This document shows positions 51,274 through 64,000 of a stretch of DNA of 64,000 nt, one piece after another. The position numbers were made by a program, and so were the translations under genes. The notes under the pieces were generated by a model, which saw only the letters and a program-made list of their open reading frames with translations, ran no database searches and was not told the DNA's origin. This DNA is from Marsupella aquatica (taxonomy: Eukaryota > Plantae > Marchantiophyta), in contig OZ316891.1 in the NCBI GenBank assembly GCA_973895155.1, forward strand, positions 6,419,708-6,483,707, written 5' to 3'. How positions within the stretch are numbered: position 1 is the first letter of the stretch; every line of letters starts with the position of its first letter.

Positions 51274-53654
51274 AAATGGGGGACTGGGAAGATAGAGATC
51301 AGGCAATATTTTAGAGAAAGTAAGGATTACCAATAGGATAAGGTACTGGTTAGAGGGCATTGTGAAATATAATGCCCTGAAAAAAGAGGGCAGTAGCCCG
51401 AGTTTTGAGGGCATTATTTTCATAAGGCCGGTAACTAGTACATTAATGTACATAAAAACTTGAGTGACTTTTCACCCCAAGGGCAAGGCAACCCATGGTT
51501 AATGCTTTATTTGTAAACGACACACCATAGTTGGTTAGGATTTGTGCCTATCCACCCCCACCCCCACCCCCAAGGAAAATGCTGCAAGAACAAGGGAGAT
51601 TGGTGGGTTAAGTTGTGTGCCCAGTAAGTTGAGGTTTCAGAGGTGAGGTTTTTACTACACACCGAGCTCGGGGGGCCATTATATGAAGGGTCCTACATGG
51701 TGTGCAATGTGTTTAGGTCTAAACCCATAAATTATAAGCAATTTTAGTTTTTCCTGACCTTACTTACTTTAAAGCAGCCAATTTTTTTATTATGTTTACC
51801 CCTTAAAACTTTAAGTAAAGTTGTGTTTTGAATTAAACAATGCATATAAAGAAATGATAAGTATCTTGTAGGTTAGAGCCCAAATGTTTTGTAATTATTC
51901 AATTTGCTCCGTCTTTTCGCTTAATGCAATTTACTTTGCCTTTCCACTTGACAGTAGATCCTACATCTCTTGTACAGTCCATAGACCATGAAACTAAATA
52001 ATTATATATATTATTCTATGGGTGTTCAATTAATTAACAATCAACTTGTCTATTTTGCTCTCTAAACTCTCAAATATTGTAGCATGGTGGGTACCATGCA
52101 CTACAAATAGGAAACCAAACACTATCCATTGCCTATTCAAGGTGTCAATTCTTTACCTTGCTTCACAACCCGTTGCATGACTACATTATATCCACAGACT
52201 GGAGCAGAATTGAGCCAATGGCAATTTACAACTCATTTGTTTGAGCTCATGGCCTCAAATAAGAAGCAGAGGTGACCTTCACCATAGGTCACTTGAATGC
52301 AAAAGAAAGGTCCCCTTGACACAAGTGGGGCATTGAACACATTGGGCTTAGGATAGGATTTTCATGGTTAATTCTATGATAATGATAAAGTAAAAAAATA
52401 CAAACTATATCCTAGACATTTTTCAAACCAACTAGCAATACTCGTATTTGCAATTATTAACAACATTGAAAATAACACAAGGCATTACAAGACACACAAA
52501 CCTCTCAGACATGAAAACTCAAACTTTGCACTTTTCCTTCACCAAGCTTCCTTTCTTAGTTTTATTGTTTTCCTTCTCTTCTCATGCAACCAGTTAGACA
52601 CAATCATTTCCTTGGGTTAGACAATATGGGCATGTAAACAAATGCTAGCAAAATGGATAGCAGTAGATGTCTATGACAAACAAACAATGAGTCTACCCAA
52701 AGACCTCAGTCTACATTGCACTTCAAGGTCCAACGGCAGTTCTCCTAGCCAACATTGTCCTTGAACCACATCTTGTTATGGCATCAACCTCTGCCTTTTG
52801 ACCTCTGCATGAAACTCAAAGTGTTCAAACTGAACATTGGAATTGGGTGGCAGGTTGGCTGCCCCTTAATTCCCTGGCTTGAACCCCAAACCTGAATAGC
52901 AAAAACCCTAGCCTAACCTAACTTAACCCTCTATTCCTATCAAAGCCCCAATAGCCTCCTTAGGTTACGCCCTTCCATAGCCCTTCTATAGCTAGCCCTC
53001 CTCCAGTAACAGCAGCAACAATTGAGACTCCATGAAATTGGTTTGCCACTAAATATAAATGCCCAAACCCTACACCCATGCATGCTTTTAGCTATTCTCT
53101 TGGGAAAAGTTAAATTAACTATTCTTTGGGATATACACGTGTACCAATTACACAGTGACAGGCTACCAATTAGAACATGACACATGTCCAATTCATGTAC
53201 ATGACACAAAAAACCCTTTCTTAGACAACTTCATGGAATATGACCCATTTAATATGGGCCTATTGTTCTTTGATGCAGACCCAAAAATTTAACCAAGTAG
53301 TTGGGGTACATCAAGTTTTGAGGGTTCAGACCCCTGGACCAATTAGAACATCCCCAATGGTGCCATTTTTGCTTAAAGCCTCAAAAACAATGATATTGGA
53401 GATGAGTATTCTCCGTCTTGTCTCCCACCCTAAACTCCGGTACCCTGAATTGGGAAATTTAGGTAGGTTGACCACCCAATGTAGAGGCCGCCAAATTTTC
53501 TAAGAGTGGTGGTCACCTGTACTTTTAGGCTGCCAAAGACTCCCGTGAAAGCAATGACAGCGCAAACATGGCCCACAAGCCAGTCCTAGTTCTGCTAGAC
53601 CATAAACTAAGGACAGCAGTAGCGTCAACCATGCTAATGTGACTGGACATAAAT

Positions 53655-56600
53655 CTAAAAGAGACTTGACTTAGAGGAGGAAAAGTAACCCAAATAGTTT
53701 ACCCATAGATGCGATGGCTCCCCAAAATACTTATCATCTGTAACACTTTCAATACCAATAACATAACGAGTAGTTTTACGTTGTAGCTGTTGGGCAGCTT
53801 CTGCATCTGCCCTAGCTCCAACTTCATCCTTCATTAAATATTTGATGTAGCCTCTATGCTGGAGGATAGTAAAATCAAAATAGTTTTCCTGCCCAAGGTC
53901 ATGCCTCAGTTGATAAGCTGCATCCAAGTCATCAAGCGCCCCTGATAAATCTCTGCATAGCCTCCGTACAATTCCTCTCCATGTCAAGTATAGACAGAGG
54001 TTAGACTGCTGCCCGCAAAACTTAGCTCTCCGTGATAAGTATATTGGGAGGTTAGATTGCTGGGTCCTCTCAACTTCCCCATCTGCACCCAATAGGGCGC
54101 TGGTGTAATCCCCCAACATAGCTTCAAGGAATATCCTATCCCACCTGTGTACACAGGTTGGTGTGTCAATTGACCTGTGGAACTGCATAAGACATCTTAA
54201 TATGGAAGCAGAGGGGACATAGGCCTCCAAATAACTTGAGTTCCTTCTCACACACCACACTGACAAGCTTGTGTATAGTGAAGCCCTCTCTCACAAGGGC
54301 ATTTTTATGGATAAAGCCCAAGGGTACTAGGCTTGCCTGGGTGCTTTTCCTGAAACATTGCTTTGGAAGGGTTTTACAGTGCGGCCTTTACTGTGCCTGG
54401 AGCTGGACTTAAAGTTTTCTGATTTTTGGAGTGCATCGTAGTTGAAAACCTGCACAGGGCATTCACACATCTGCCCAAAGCAAAAGGGTTGTTCACATGG
54501 ACCAAGACCATCAACCATACAACCCCCATGGACCATTACACCTTAGTTTAACACCTTCACTCATTGACAACTTCTCATTTCCAAAGAGTTTTCAATAGCA
54601 AAGTTTGACCTTCAACATCATTCTCCATTTCTGTCCAGCGGAATTGGCTCTACTTGGGATCATTAGATGTGGATTGGAAATATCTTTCCCACTAGTCTAA
54701 TATCTCTATTCACGAAGAATTGACAGAGTTATGAATTCCTAAAATTACTCACTATCCACACTTTACTCTAAACCCACTAACCAGTTCGGATGGCTGTAAT
54801 TTATCATTTATAATTTCATATTATTTGAAGGTATTATGAACCAGGTGCCCAAGTGTTCTGGTGCCTTCAACATTAAAAATAAATTAAGATTAATAGGCAT
54901 TACTAACCCATCCATTGTATTGCATGGCGTCAGGGCCAGGAGAAGAGGGAATTTACTTGTGTATCTATCTTTGGCAACAATTGATGACGTCCCTTGGGTG
55001 GTCAGCACTTTTGATTACTATAGTTGTCAAGCTCAAAATTAGAACCTGAGAGTTGTTTCTATCCCTTTAAATTTCCACCTTAAATTGATCATTATTAAAA
55101 TTGCTAATGTGAACTCGGGCCGTGGTCCTAAAACAAGCGGGCCGTACCTTTCCCTGAATTGTAGGATTTATATCCTCTTGTCATGCTCAGTACGAGGCCC
55201 ACACTTTTTTTTCTTGATTTTTGGTCGTTTCCTGACTCACTGTGTTGTTTGCTTTGCCTGTCTTATGTTGATTCTAAAGGACAGGACCTCAAGGCTGCAA
55301 AGTTTGCAGCCCCTGCCCCTGGTTCTCCACCTTTGCATGCCATAAGACCTGCCTGAATAGTAGGTTCTTCCACAAAATTCTTAGTATGTTATTGTCATCT
55401 GTGGAGTGGAGGGCAGGAAAACTAAGGACCTCACACATACAAGAGAGCCCTAAGGGCCGTCTTGCATGTAGACGGTCCTAAAAACTCGGCCCTTTACTTA
55501 ATGTCTCTCGGGCTATGAGCCTATGAGTGAGCCAAGCTTTCCCCCTCACCATGCAGTCCTCACGGCAGAAAACAAGGAGTTTGAAGGGCAAGGGCCAGAA
55601 AGTTTCCTGCCCTTCAGAGTCCCAACTTTTGATATATGAATAAGACAATATATTGACCTAGAAGGAAGGAAAGAAAGCGACAAAGAAGGACAGGCGGGTG
55701 AGTGGGTAGGGCACACATATTTAAGTAGCAGATTATGTGAGGATTTGAGATGACCTTTTTGCCAGCAATTTAGGAGTCATAAGGGCCCCATTTTTTTTAA
55801 GACGATGGCACTTGCAGGACAGCCTTAAGGACCTCACACATAAATCTAAATCGAAGATTACACTTTGGGAACACAAGCCATTTCTCTTTGCACACAAGCC
55901 AAGCTCAAAGGTACACAATCCAAGCAGTTTCGTACCTCAACATTTCTGCAGTATAACAGACGCTCCACGGCCTATATACGAACCTCAGCTCCATTATCTC
56001 CATTCCCACTAACCCGATCCCATCCGGAGTCGGGAGCTGGTCAAAATGCAGTTGAGCGAGTTCCAAGTTTTCAAGAGCCTCCTCGTACGCTCCCACATCA
56101 CAATGGACTTGCAATCGACTCCAATATATTCCGAAGCATTCCCTCGCTCCCATCGCTGGAGAAGAAGAGACTGCTTGTAGTTGTTTCAGAGTTGGTACGT
56201 CTCTCAATCTTGGGTTTGTTGAAGCGTAGCAGAGCTTTGTAAGCGCCAGAGTAGAATCAAAGGGCCACAAATAGGAATCTTTGCTTCTATCAATGTCGAT
56301 AAGTTGCAAGAATAGCAAACCTTCCTCAAGCTCAGGCAATGAAGCAATGGAATGTCTCAGCTCCTTGTCCCGTGCTAGCTCATCCAGTATTCTGGCAGCT
56401 ATAGAAGCTCGTTCCGTCAATTCTGTCCGATGCTTCTCGCTTTGAGTGCCTTGCCATGTTTCCTTGAGTCGAGCCAGGATATTTCCAAGGCCACGTAATG
56501 AACCGCTCTGGATGGCACGGAATTTGATCCTGTTCTCTTCCACGGATGCCAGATCACGCAATATGTATCCTGCCCAATCGCGGAGTAATAGACGTTCCAG

Positions 56601-59600
56601 CTCAGTGGATGCAACCTGTGATGGTGTCACTGTTGTGAGGAACAAATTGAAGAGCTTTTCGACGGCGTCTGGTATGGCTGCTACCTTGAGGGCAATACAC
56701 TTCCAGTGACATAAGCGCCAAAGGGAACGTCCTGCAGAAAGCCGGACCTCGTAGTCTTTCACGGAGACTAGTAACGCCACGAGGAGATCCAAGATTCCAG
56801 TAAATTCGCCAATAATTACAATTGCTGCTCTTGAAGGCAAGTAAGAACTAAGGCTATCCGCTACAGCAGTCTGGAGAGTAGAGTCACTGAAATCCATGGC
56901 CAGCAGTTCCATATACTTAGCGGCCACGCTGAGGATTGTATCTTTGCTCTCGTAGTCAAGTACAGCCCCAAGAGCACCAATTACAGGAACTCGTCTGGTG
57001 GTTGATGCACCATCATCACGCAAGAGAGCGAGCAGAGCATTCATTGTCTTGCCATGTGCGCTTGAAAATGGTGGCATTACATCAAAATCACCCCAGGAAC
57101 GAGCATAGCCCTCGACAACTGCACATGCAACTGAGGTTGTTTGAGGGAGTTGAAGCAAGCTTGCCATACTGTTGTCGTCCAATTTGCCTTGATAGGCTAG
57201 CTTGATAATAATCTATCACCAAATAGGAAACGTAAGTGTCATTAGTAAACAATTGATGCTTGAATTGGGAGAAACCAGATGTCGATCCCTAGTTTACTGT
57301 GTACTTTGTCATAGCTTTAATAGTGGCATTCTGGTTTTGTGAACTACATCGAACCTTGGATTGCAGACCTGGCAATCCCATTATTCTCCATAATTTCTAT
57401 TCCTTTCAATCTTAAATCATGTTCTCAGGCCAGTTAAGCATCAAGTCAGTATGGATTTCAATTTTACTCAGAGACACTGAAAACTTAGAACGAAGGAATT
57501 GGACATTGCGTGCCTCACTAATCACGGTTGATTTTTTCCAGCTGAGATATGTACTATGGTATTTGAAGGCGAATTGTTTTGGCAGAATATGATAGGCAGT
57601 CGTACCTTTTTTGCATACCCATGTGCTTGCTGCTTCCAAGCAGGATCTCCACGATCGACATTAATGAGCCAGACTAGATCTTTGAATCCGTACCTTGTCT
57701 TTAGCGTTGTCATCTTTACAAGATCATGTGGATCGATGTCCGTACTGAGGCTCCGAGGAATGGTTCCATCATAGATGGTTTGACGATGCTTTTCGAGAGT
57801 ATTTACTAGGACATCCGTGAACGGTTCTTGGAAGTAAATTGCACTCAAGACAGTCACAAGCGTTGCCTCTGCGTCCCCTTTCTCAATAAGTTCAGTTCCA
57901 CCTTGATTACTGCTTTCTAATATGTGAGCAGCGATGGACCGCACTTCGAGAGACTTCCTCTCCCGAATGAAGCGCATCCTCAAGCAATGACCAGCCAAAG
58001 TTCTTTGCCCCCGCATGTAGGGCATACTCTCCCACGTTGACTCATTTCCTTGCATGTGCAAATCAATCAATGACCTGTCTGCCAGGTACTTCTCCTGGTT
58101 CTCGTAGTTCAGCCTGTGGAAAGCTGTGGATTGAGCCGGTTGAATCCATTTGTAAAAATACCTCACCAGGGTTTCTGGCAAATGGTCGCCCCGTAATAAT
58201 GCAATCAAGAAGAGGAGTCGCCTTGCATCTGGACGTGGAGTCAAAGACTCCACCATGAGCAGCATTGAGGCCGCGACTGTGCGATCGTAATATTTCTCAT
58301 ACATACCCGGACTGACCTGGAAGTCATCCTCCTGGAGAAGAACTTGATGTAAATTATCATTGATCGCTTCCCAATGACTTGCATCAGTTGCTCTGCTACT
58401 GTTGACGCTGATGCCAACATGAGCCAAAGATAGTGGAAGGTAGCCTACTTTACTGATGATGGTATGAATCACACTCTACAGGCAATGGAAAACGCTCGAA
58501 ATCAGTAAATCCTTTATGGATAACAGTTACTATTACGGTTTAAGATCTCTTTGCTTCTACACTTTAAACGGTTGGCAGCAATCAACGACGCAAGGGCTGC
58601 TAACATTAATTCAAGTGAAAGCAAGACATCCACAGACAGTTCCCTGAACCTCAGACAGAAAACTGCAGTAGCAAGATTTGAAGTTGTACCTGAATGTTGT
58701 CAGGAAATTTTCCCTTCATCGTAAGTCCGTTTGTGTAATTCGACATGATTTGCGTGGCTTCTGCAAGATTCGGATATCTCATCTGGACTTTTGCAGCAGA
58801 ATCCCAAATTTCTTTCATCTGGGATGTTACGAGAAATCGTACTCCCTTCGCAGGAACCAATTGCAAGAGCTGTTGCAAAACCTGCCGCTCCCATACATCA
58901 TCCAGTACAATGAGCAAGGTTTGCTCAGCTAAGCGTGATCTAAGCTTCATTCGATGTAAAGGTAGTTGAAGATAGCCGCCTTCCTGCATTCCGTTACCCG
59001 TCTGGTCATTCAGTGGAGCTGAACTTGAACCCGGTCCAAAGCCCAGACACTCGACCAGCTCTAGCTCCAACTGCTTCACACTCTCTTGGGCGTCCTTTCC
59101 ACAAAACAAATAGTAGACACCATATGGAAAACTGAGTGGGTTGCTCGGGGGTTGTTTTAAGCCTTGCTTTCTCTCCTCTTCGTACTGGAGTGCTAAATAT
59201 TTCACCACACTACTCTTGCCCAGTCCGGGCCCTCCAAACACAGTCACTACGCGAGGGCCCTCTTTATCCTCCAACGCTTTTCGTATCTCTAGAACAGACT
59301 CTGAAATCGGGACGTAATTGGGATCCGGAATGAAAGGCAATGGAGCCGGAGTCAGGGCTACGATTCTCTCCAACACATCAAACGTATCAACCCTTGCGGC
59401 CAGCAGCTGAGGCCCAGCGTCCACGATGTCCGAGACATTTTTCAAGACATAGGTAAGCTGGCCGGGGAATGCCTTTCTCCTCAATCTCAAGAGATTATTT
59501 TTCTGGAGTCTGCTCACGTATTGCTCTTGCTTGTCCAGAACCTGAACGGCTGCCTGCACTGCCCGCAAAAGCCGTTCGTCCTCCGAAACCCCATGCCTCC

Positions 59601-59769
59601 GTAGCTGAGCGCTCCACTGATCATGCTTCTGACGAAGTATCGAGACTTGGGCTTTGAATGACTCCACCTCAGCGGAACCTTTGTACCAACCATCTTGGAG
59701 CTGGTTAGCAAACTCGGACGCTTTTAGGACCAGATCTAGGCAGGACTTCACCTCTGTTATTATAACCAT
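53655..59769 (-). CDS. Non-canonical NLR-like STAND ATPase: helical N-terminus + NB-ARC + ARM-like + TPR-like repeats
   Basis: Exons 59769-58690, 58475-57606, 57212-55936 and ~54283-53655 (last acceptor uncertain). P-loop GGPGLGKS, Walker B LLIVLDDVWE, RNBS-B RFLVTSQ, GLPL-like GYLPLSL, MHD-position AGHCL; TPR-like YLTWRGIVRRLCRDLSGALDDLDAAYQL and LQHRGYIKYLMKDEVGARADAEAA. Confidence 0.85.
54315..55254. other. 940-bp segment present in the full-length gene but absent from the duplicate
   Basis: The duplicate reads ggataa|tgcctg (49304-49315); here the two halves lie at 54309-54314 and 55255-55260. Confidence 0.8.
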
Positions 59770-59948
59770 CTGGTAGATAGGAGAAGATCGAAGAGAGCTC
59801 TATCGTGACCGTCGGTACTGTTAGTTGCAAATCCCGATCATTTTGTTCTTACAATTATCGCACGATCGCATTTGAAGGGATCGGGATGTGAACACAATCC
59901 TAGCTAGATCATTCATGCTAACTAGGAAAAACCCGAGCCTGAAATCAG

Positions 59949-62263
59949 AGCTGAACTGGACCTGACCACGTAGCGGACGGATGATTGTAAAGGAGTTGGG
60001 TTTTGGAAACTATCATACAGGAGATCCTTAGTAGCAAAATCAAGGAAAGTACGCGAATTCATCTGTGATAACAGTTCAGGCCATGCGAAGCTCTTACGGA
60101 ATAATGGACCTGCCAACTAGCTTCGACCAGAGCCCAACTATGAAGTCAGATTGTGACTCAAATGATGTGCGTCTCTGCGGCAGACGAGAGCATACCACAC
60201 TATCTATACATGCAAACTAGTTAATCAACCACGGGTTCCTCTGCGACGAGCAATAGTTTGCTAAATTATGTCCATACATGCTCTCCTGTGCGAATGCGAG
60301 GAATTAGAGAGTGTGGTGTCGATCTTAGAGGCTCGATCTGGGCATATGTGGCCGTCACACAGAGTCGCTTGCCCGCGTTGGGGAGACTCCAACGCGCTAA
60401 GTGGGGTACCATAGCCGTGTTTGCCGCGACTTTTTGACTAATGGAGGCACGAGGAACCTTCGGTCCATTTGAAACTGGTCAACAAGTCGACATAAATTAA
60501 GTGTTGTATTGGAAATTACGTGTACACTTGGACCCTGTTTTGTTTTTTTGTGTTGTAGTGTAGTGTCCACTTGGATCCTCTTTTGTTTTTTCTTTTGTAC
60601 TCTGTTTGATCTCTGTTTGATCCCTTTCTATAAAAAGTGTGTATATTTCACTCAAGCACGCAATATTTTAGAGAAACTAAAGACTTACAGCACAATATTT
60701 TAGTGTCTAGGGGTCGACGACACAATTCTCTAGACATCGATTTTCACCCCCTTAGCCTGGAGGCGAGCCTGCCACACAAATTGAACGTGACGGAGAAGTT
60801 TGCTTGATTGTCTAGCTTCTTGTCCTCATCCACAGGAGTTTTGTCTATAGATCTCTCGATAGATCTATCGTAGCAGAAAATTATTTGAAATAAATATGCT
60901 AACTAGCCTGATTACCCTTTCTTTCTTTGAATGTGAAGACAAATGAATTTTTTTTTAAAGAATTTCGAAACAAAGATGCTATTATTCTTCTTTGCCTGCA
61001 TCCCCTCTTTTTATTTATCCCTCACTTTGCATTGCACTTTATTAGTAGGATACATATTTTCAGGTCATGCAAAGCTAGAATGGAATAATGGACCTGTCAA
61101 CTTCGACCAGGGACCGACCGTGAAGTAAATTTGTGCCTCGAAAGGTGATAACTAGCAATCTTTGCATGCCAAACTACACAAACTAATCATGCATCATACT
61201 GTGTAAGATTTCTTCGTACCTAGCTGAGAAAGATACTGGGACAGAGTCTTGGACCAAAAAGTGTGGACTCTGTCCCAGTAGCTTTGCATGACCTGAAAAT
61301 AAATATGAGCAGATGTATCTTACTGATAAAGTGCAATGCAAAGTGAGGGATAAATTAAGAAAGAGGGGATGCAGGCAAAGAAGAATAATAGCATGTTTGT
61401 TTTGCAAATTTTAAATTTTTTTCCATTTCTATTCACATTCAAAGAAAGAAAGGGTAATCAAACTAGTTAGCATATTTATTTCAAATAATTTTCTGCTACG
61501 ATAGATCTATCGAAAGATCTATAGACAAAACTCCTGTGGATGAGGACAAGAAGCTAGAGAACCAAGCAAACTTCTCCGTGACGTTCAATTTGTATGGCAG
61601 GCTCGCCTCCATGCTAGGGGGGTGAAAATCAATGTCTTAAGAATTGTGTCGTCGACCCCTAGACACTAAAATATTCTGCTGTAAAATAAGTCTTTAGTTT
61701 CTCTAAAATATTGCCTGCTTTCTTTCTTTCCAGTACAACACGTAATTTATGTTGACTTGTTGACCAGTTTCAAATGGACCGAAGGTTCCTCGTGCCTCCA
61801 GTAGTCAAAGAGTCGCGGCAAACACGGCTATGGTACCCCACTTAGCGCGTTGGAGTCTCCCCAATGCGGGCAAGCGACGCTGTGTGACGGCCACATGCCC
61901 AGATCGAGCCTCTAAGATCGAAACCACACTGTCTAATTCCTCGCATTCGCACAGGAGAGCATGTATGGCCATAATTTAGCAGTTGATTAACTAGTTTGCA
62001 TGTATAGATAGTGTGGTATGCTCTCGTCTGCCACAGAGACGCACATCATTTGAGTCACAATCTCACTTCATAGCTGGGCTCTTGTCAAAGCTAGTTGGCA
62101 GGTCCATTATTCCACAATAGCTTCGCATGGCCTGAACTGTGTGTCACAGATGAATTCGCATACTTTCCTTGATTTTGCTACTAAGGATCTCCTGTATGAT
62201 AGTTTCCAAAACCCAACTCCTTTACAATCATCCGTCTGCTACATGGTCAGGTCCAGTTCAGCT
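59949..62263. repeat. ~2.3-kb fold-back inverted repeat: arms 59949-61248 and 61266-62263, 17-nt loop
   Basis: The reverse complement of the right arm matches the left arm throughout, apart from two blocks (~60520-60650 and ~61078-61235) missing from the right arm. Apex: tactgggacagagtc-N17-gactctgtcccagta. Confidence 0.92.
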
Positions 62264-62641
62264 TTAATAATATTTTCATACACACAGGGCTTTTTCACGG
62301 CTTAAATTTATGAACGATGTGCATAGATTTAATCTATTTTCTCTAAAAATCTGCATCCGGTAAGGTAGTTACACAAGAATATCTTTTAGTTTTTGGAAAA
62401 AGGATAGGAAAAACTTTTAGTCCGAGCATTCAATCTAGCCTCAATATACACTGCAAGGGGTAATTATAGCATGAGAGCAAACAATGAAAAAAATCCATTT
62501 GAATAAAAAAACCCCACTTCACTAGCAAAGTTAATCCCCAGCTAGCCAACATGGTTAATAAATTCCAAATTTGCAAGTACTCTTTTGGCTAGTAGACTCG
62601 CTGAAAAATATAAAGCACTCAAAATATAAAAACCGGCAAAA

Positions 62642-62846
62642 ATCAAAAGAATTTAAAACCCACTAGTGAGTTGCTAAGAACATTCTCCTTGTTATGAAAT
62701 TCCTGTTTGCTTGCATCATACTGTACCTCCACTGCCAGCAAACATCAAAAGAATTTAAAACCCACTGTCTAGTGACTTGCTAAGAACATTCTCCTTGCTA
62801 TCAAAATTCCTGTTTGCTTGCATCATACAATACCTCACTGCCAGCA
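62642..62846. repeat. ~100-bp direct tandem duplication
   Basis: atcaaaagaatttaaaacccact...ttgctaagaacattctcctt...cactgccagca occurs twice. Confidence 0.85.
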
Positions 62847-64000
62847 TCCATGCAAAGCTAAAAAACAATTTGCAAAATGTCTACAAAAAGGAGTTCTTGC
62901 TACGTGTCACCCAGCAGCAGGTCTCCTTTCCACCAGATTACTAAAGAGTCACCATAATTGAACCTTGGCCCTCCAATCTTCTCTATTGGCTGTTTAGAGC
63001 ATGGCCTTTGGCACTTCAAGCCCCACTGAGTCCATGAGGTCCCTTCACGGTTGAATAAGTGTAACATGTTGGCTAAACCCTAAACCTGATGCCAGTTGAA
63101 ATGCTTACAGGAATCAAGGTGGTTGTGTCCCAAAAGCTTGCAGGAGATATGCTTGAGCACAGCCCGGGAGCACAGAGCTAGAATATGGCATTATATTGTT
63201 GCCAGCAGTTCAAATTGCTTCAAAGCATATCTGGTGTCCAAACTTAAATTGTATCAAAGCATTGTCACAACTTTGAACTATCATTTTTTGTTTTTTTGGT
63301 AAAAAGTGACTGTGCCCAAAATGTATACCAAACGGCCATTGTGGCAAAGACCAGCAAGGCAAAGAGAAGACACATTCAAAGGGCCAAGGAGCATGGGCCA
63401 AGGAACATGTCAACCAAGCCTCGGGGGTTTCACTTCCATAGAATTGACACATCACGTAAGACTAAGACTAAGGTAGTTTTGGGTTTTAAGAAAAGACTTG
63501 GAATTTTTTGCCGTGGAAGAACTTTATGGTCTTTTAAACCCAATTTTGAGTTTGTAAGAACATTAGGGTCCTTGTAATCAAATTTTCTGAAAATATTCCA
63601 ATTTCATAGGGTTTTTTTTCAAATAGATGTTTTCTTATATTTTCAGGGGTACGCGGCTTAGAAACACCGCAGGTGATGCGGGGCTTCTATGTAGTGAGAC
63701 CCCCTTGAACCAAGTGCACAATGGCACAATGCCAAACACCTTACGGTAGCCCGAGATTGTCAAAAAGCTGGCCCAAAGCAGCCTAAGGCCGAGACAAAGC
63801 CTGAGTCAGATGGGATCGAGGTCAACAACCATAGCACAGAATTGAAAGGAAACCAAAACCATATTCAAAAGAAGGGGGCCAACCTATAGGTAAGTGGGAA
63901 TTTGCCAACAGCATTCTTTGTGAAAGTATAGGTGGCAATGAGAGGACATCCAACCCCAAAGCAAGCAATTGAGCGTACGTGCAGAAAGCAACCCTCAAAG

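Noticed and set aside
54315-55254. Helitron interpretation of the 940-bp block (A|T site, no TSD)
   Set aside because: Ends are not 5'-TC and CTRR-3' on either strand.
59949-62263. Mutator/foldback transposon interpretation of the long inverted repeat
   Set aside because: No 9-11-bp TSD at the outer ends, and the arms meet at a 17-nt loop.

Overview
Eukaryotic, intron-containing land-plant DNA; gene content and style suggest a bryophyte/liverwort (inference). Left half: an ATXR3/SDG2-like H3K4 methyltransferase gene (minus, runs off the left edge) with a 24-unit coding minisatellite, an F-box/LRR/ankyrin gene, a TMEM144-like gene, RPL36, MITEs, a solo LTR and a ~118-bp promoter array. Centre: a three-tier transposon nest. 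A Ty1/copia remnant (31923-47511) has its gag split by a 12.4-kb DNA transposon (34596-46979, exact 8-bp TSD GATGAAGA), whose transposase is split by a 5'-truncated LINE (36347-39672). The DNA transposon is the top candidate for an undescribed system. It encodes a ~1,500-aa intron-containing transposase with P-element-like motif order, zinc fingers, an AT-hook and a possible C-terminal chromatin-reader domain, plus a separate EDM2/NSD-like triple-PHD protein. Right: a non-canonical NB-ARC-ARM/TPR immune-receptor-like gene, an internally deleted tandem copy with hypervariable coding patches, and a ~2.3-kb fold-back palindrome over its upstream region. All calls were made by eye; no database searches were run.
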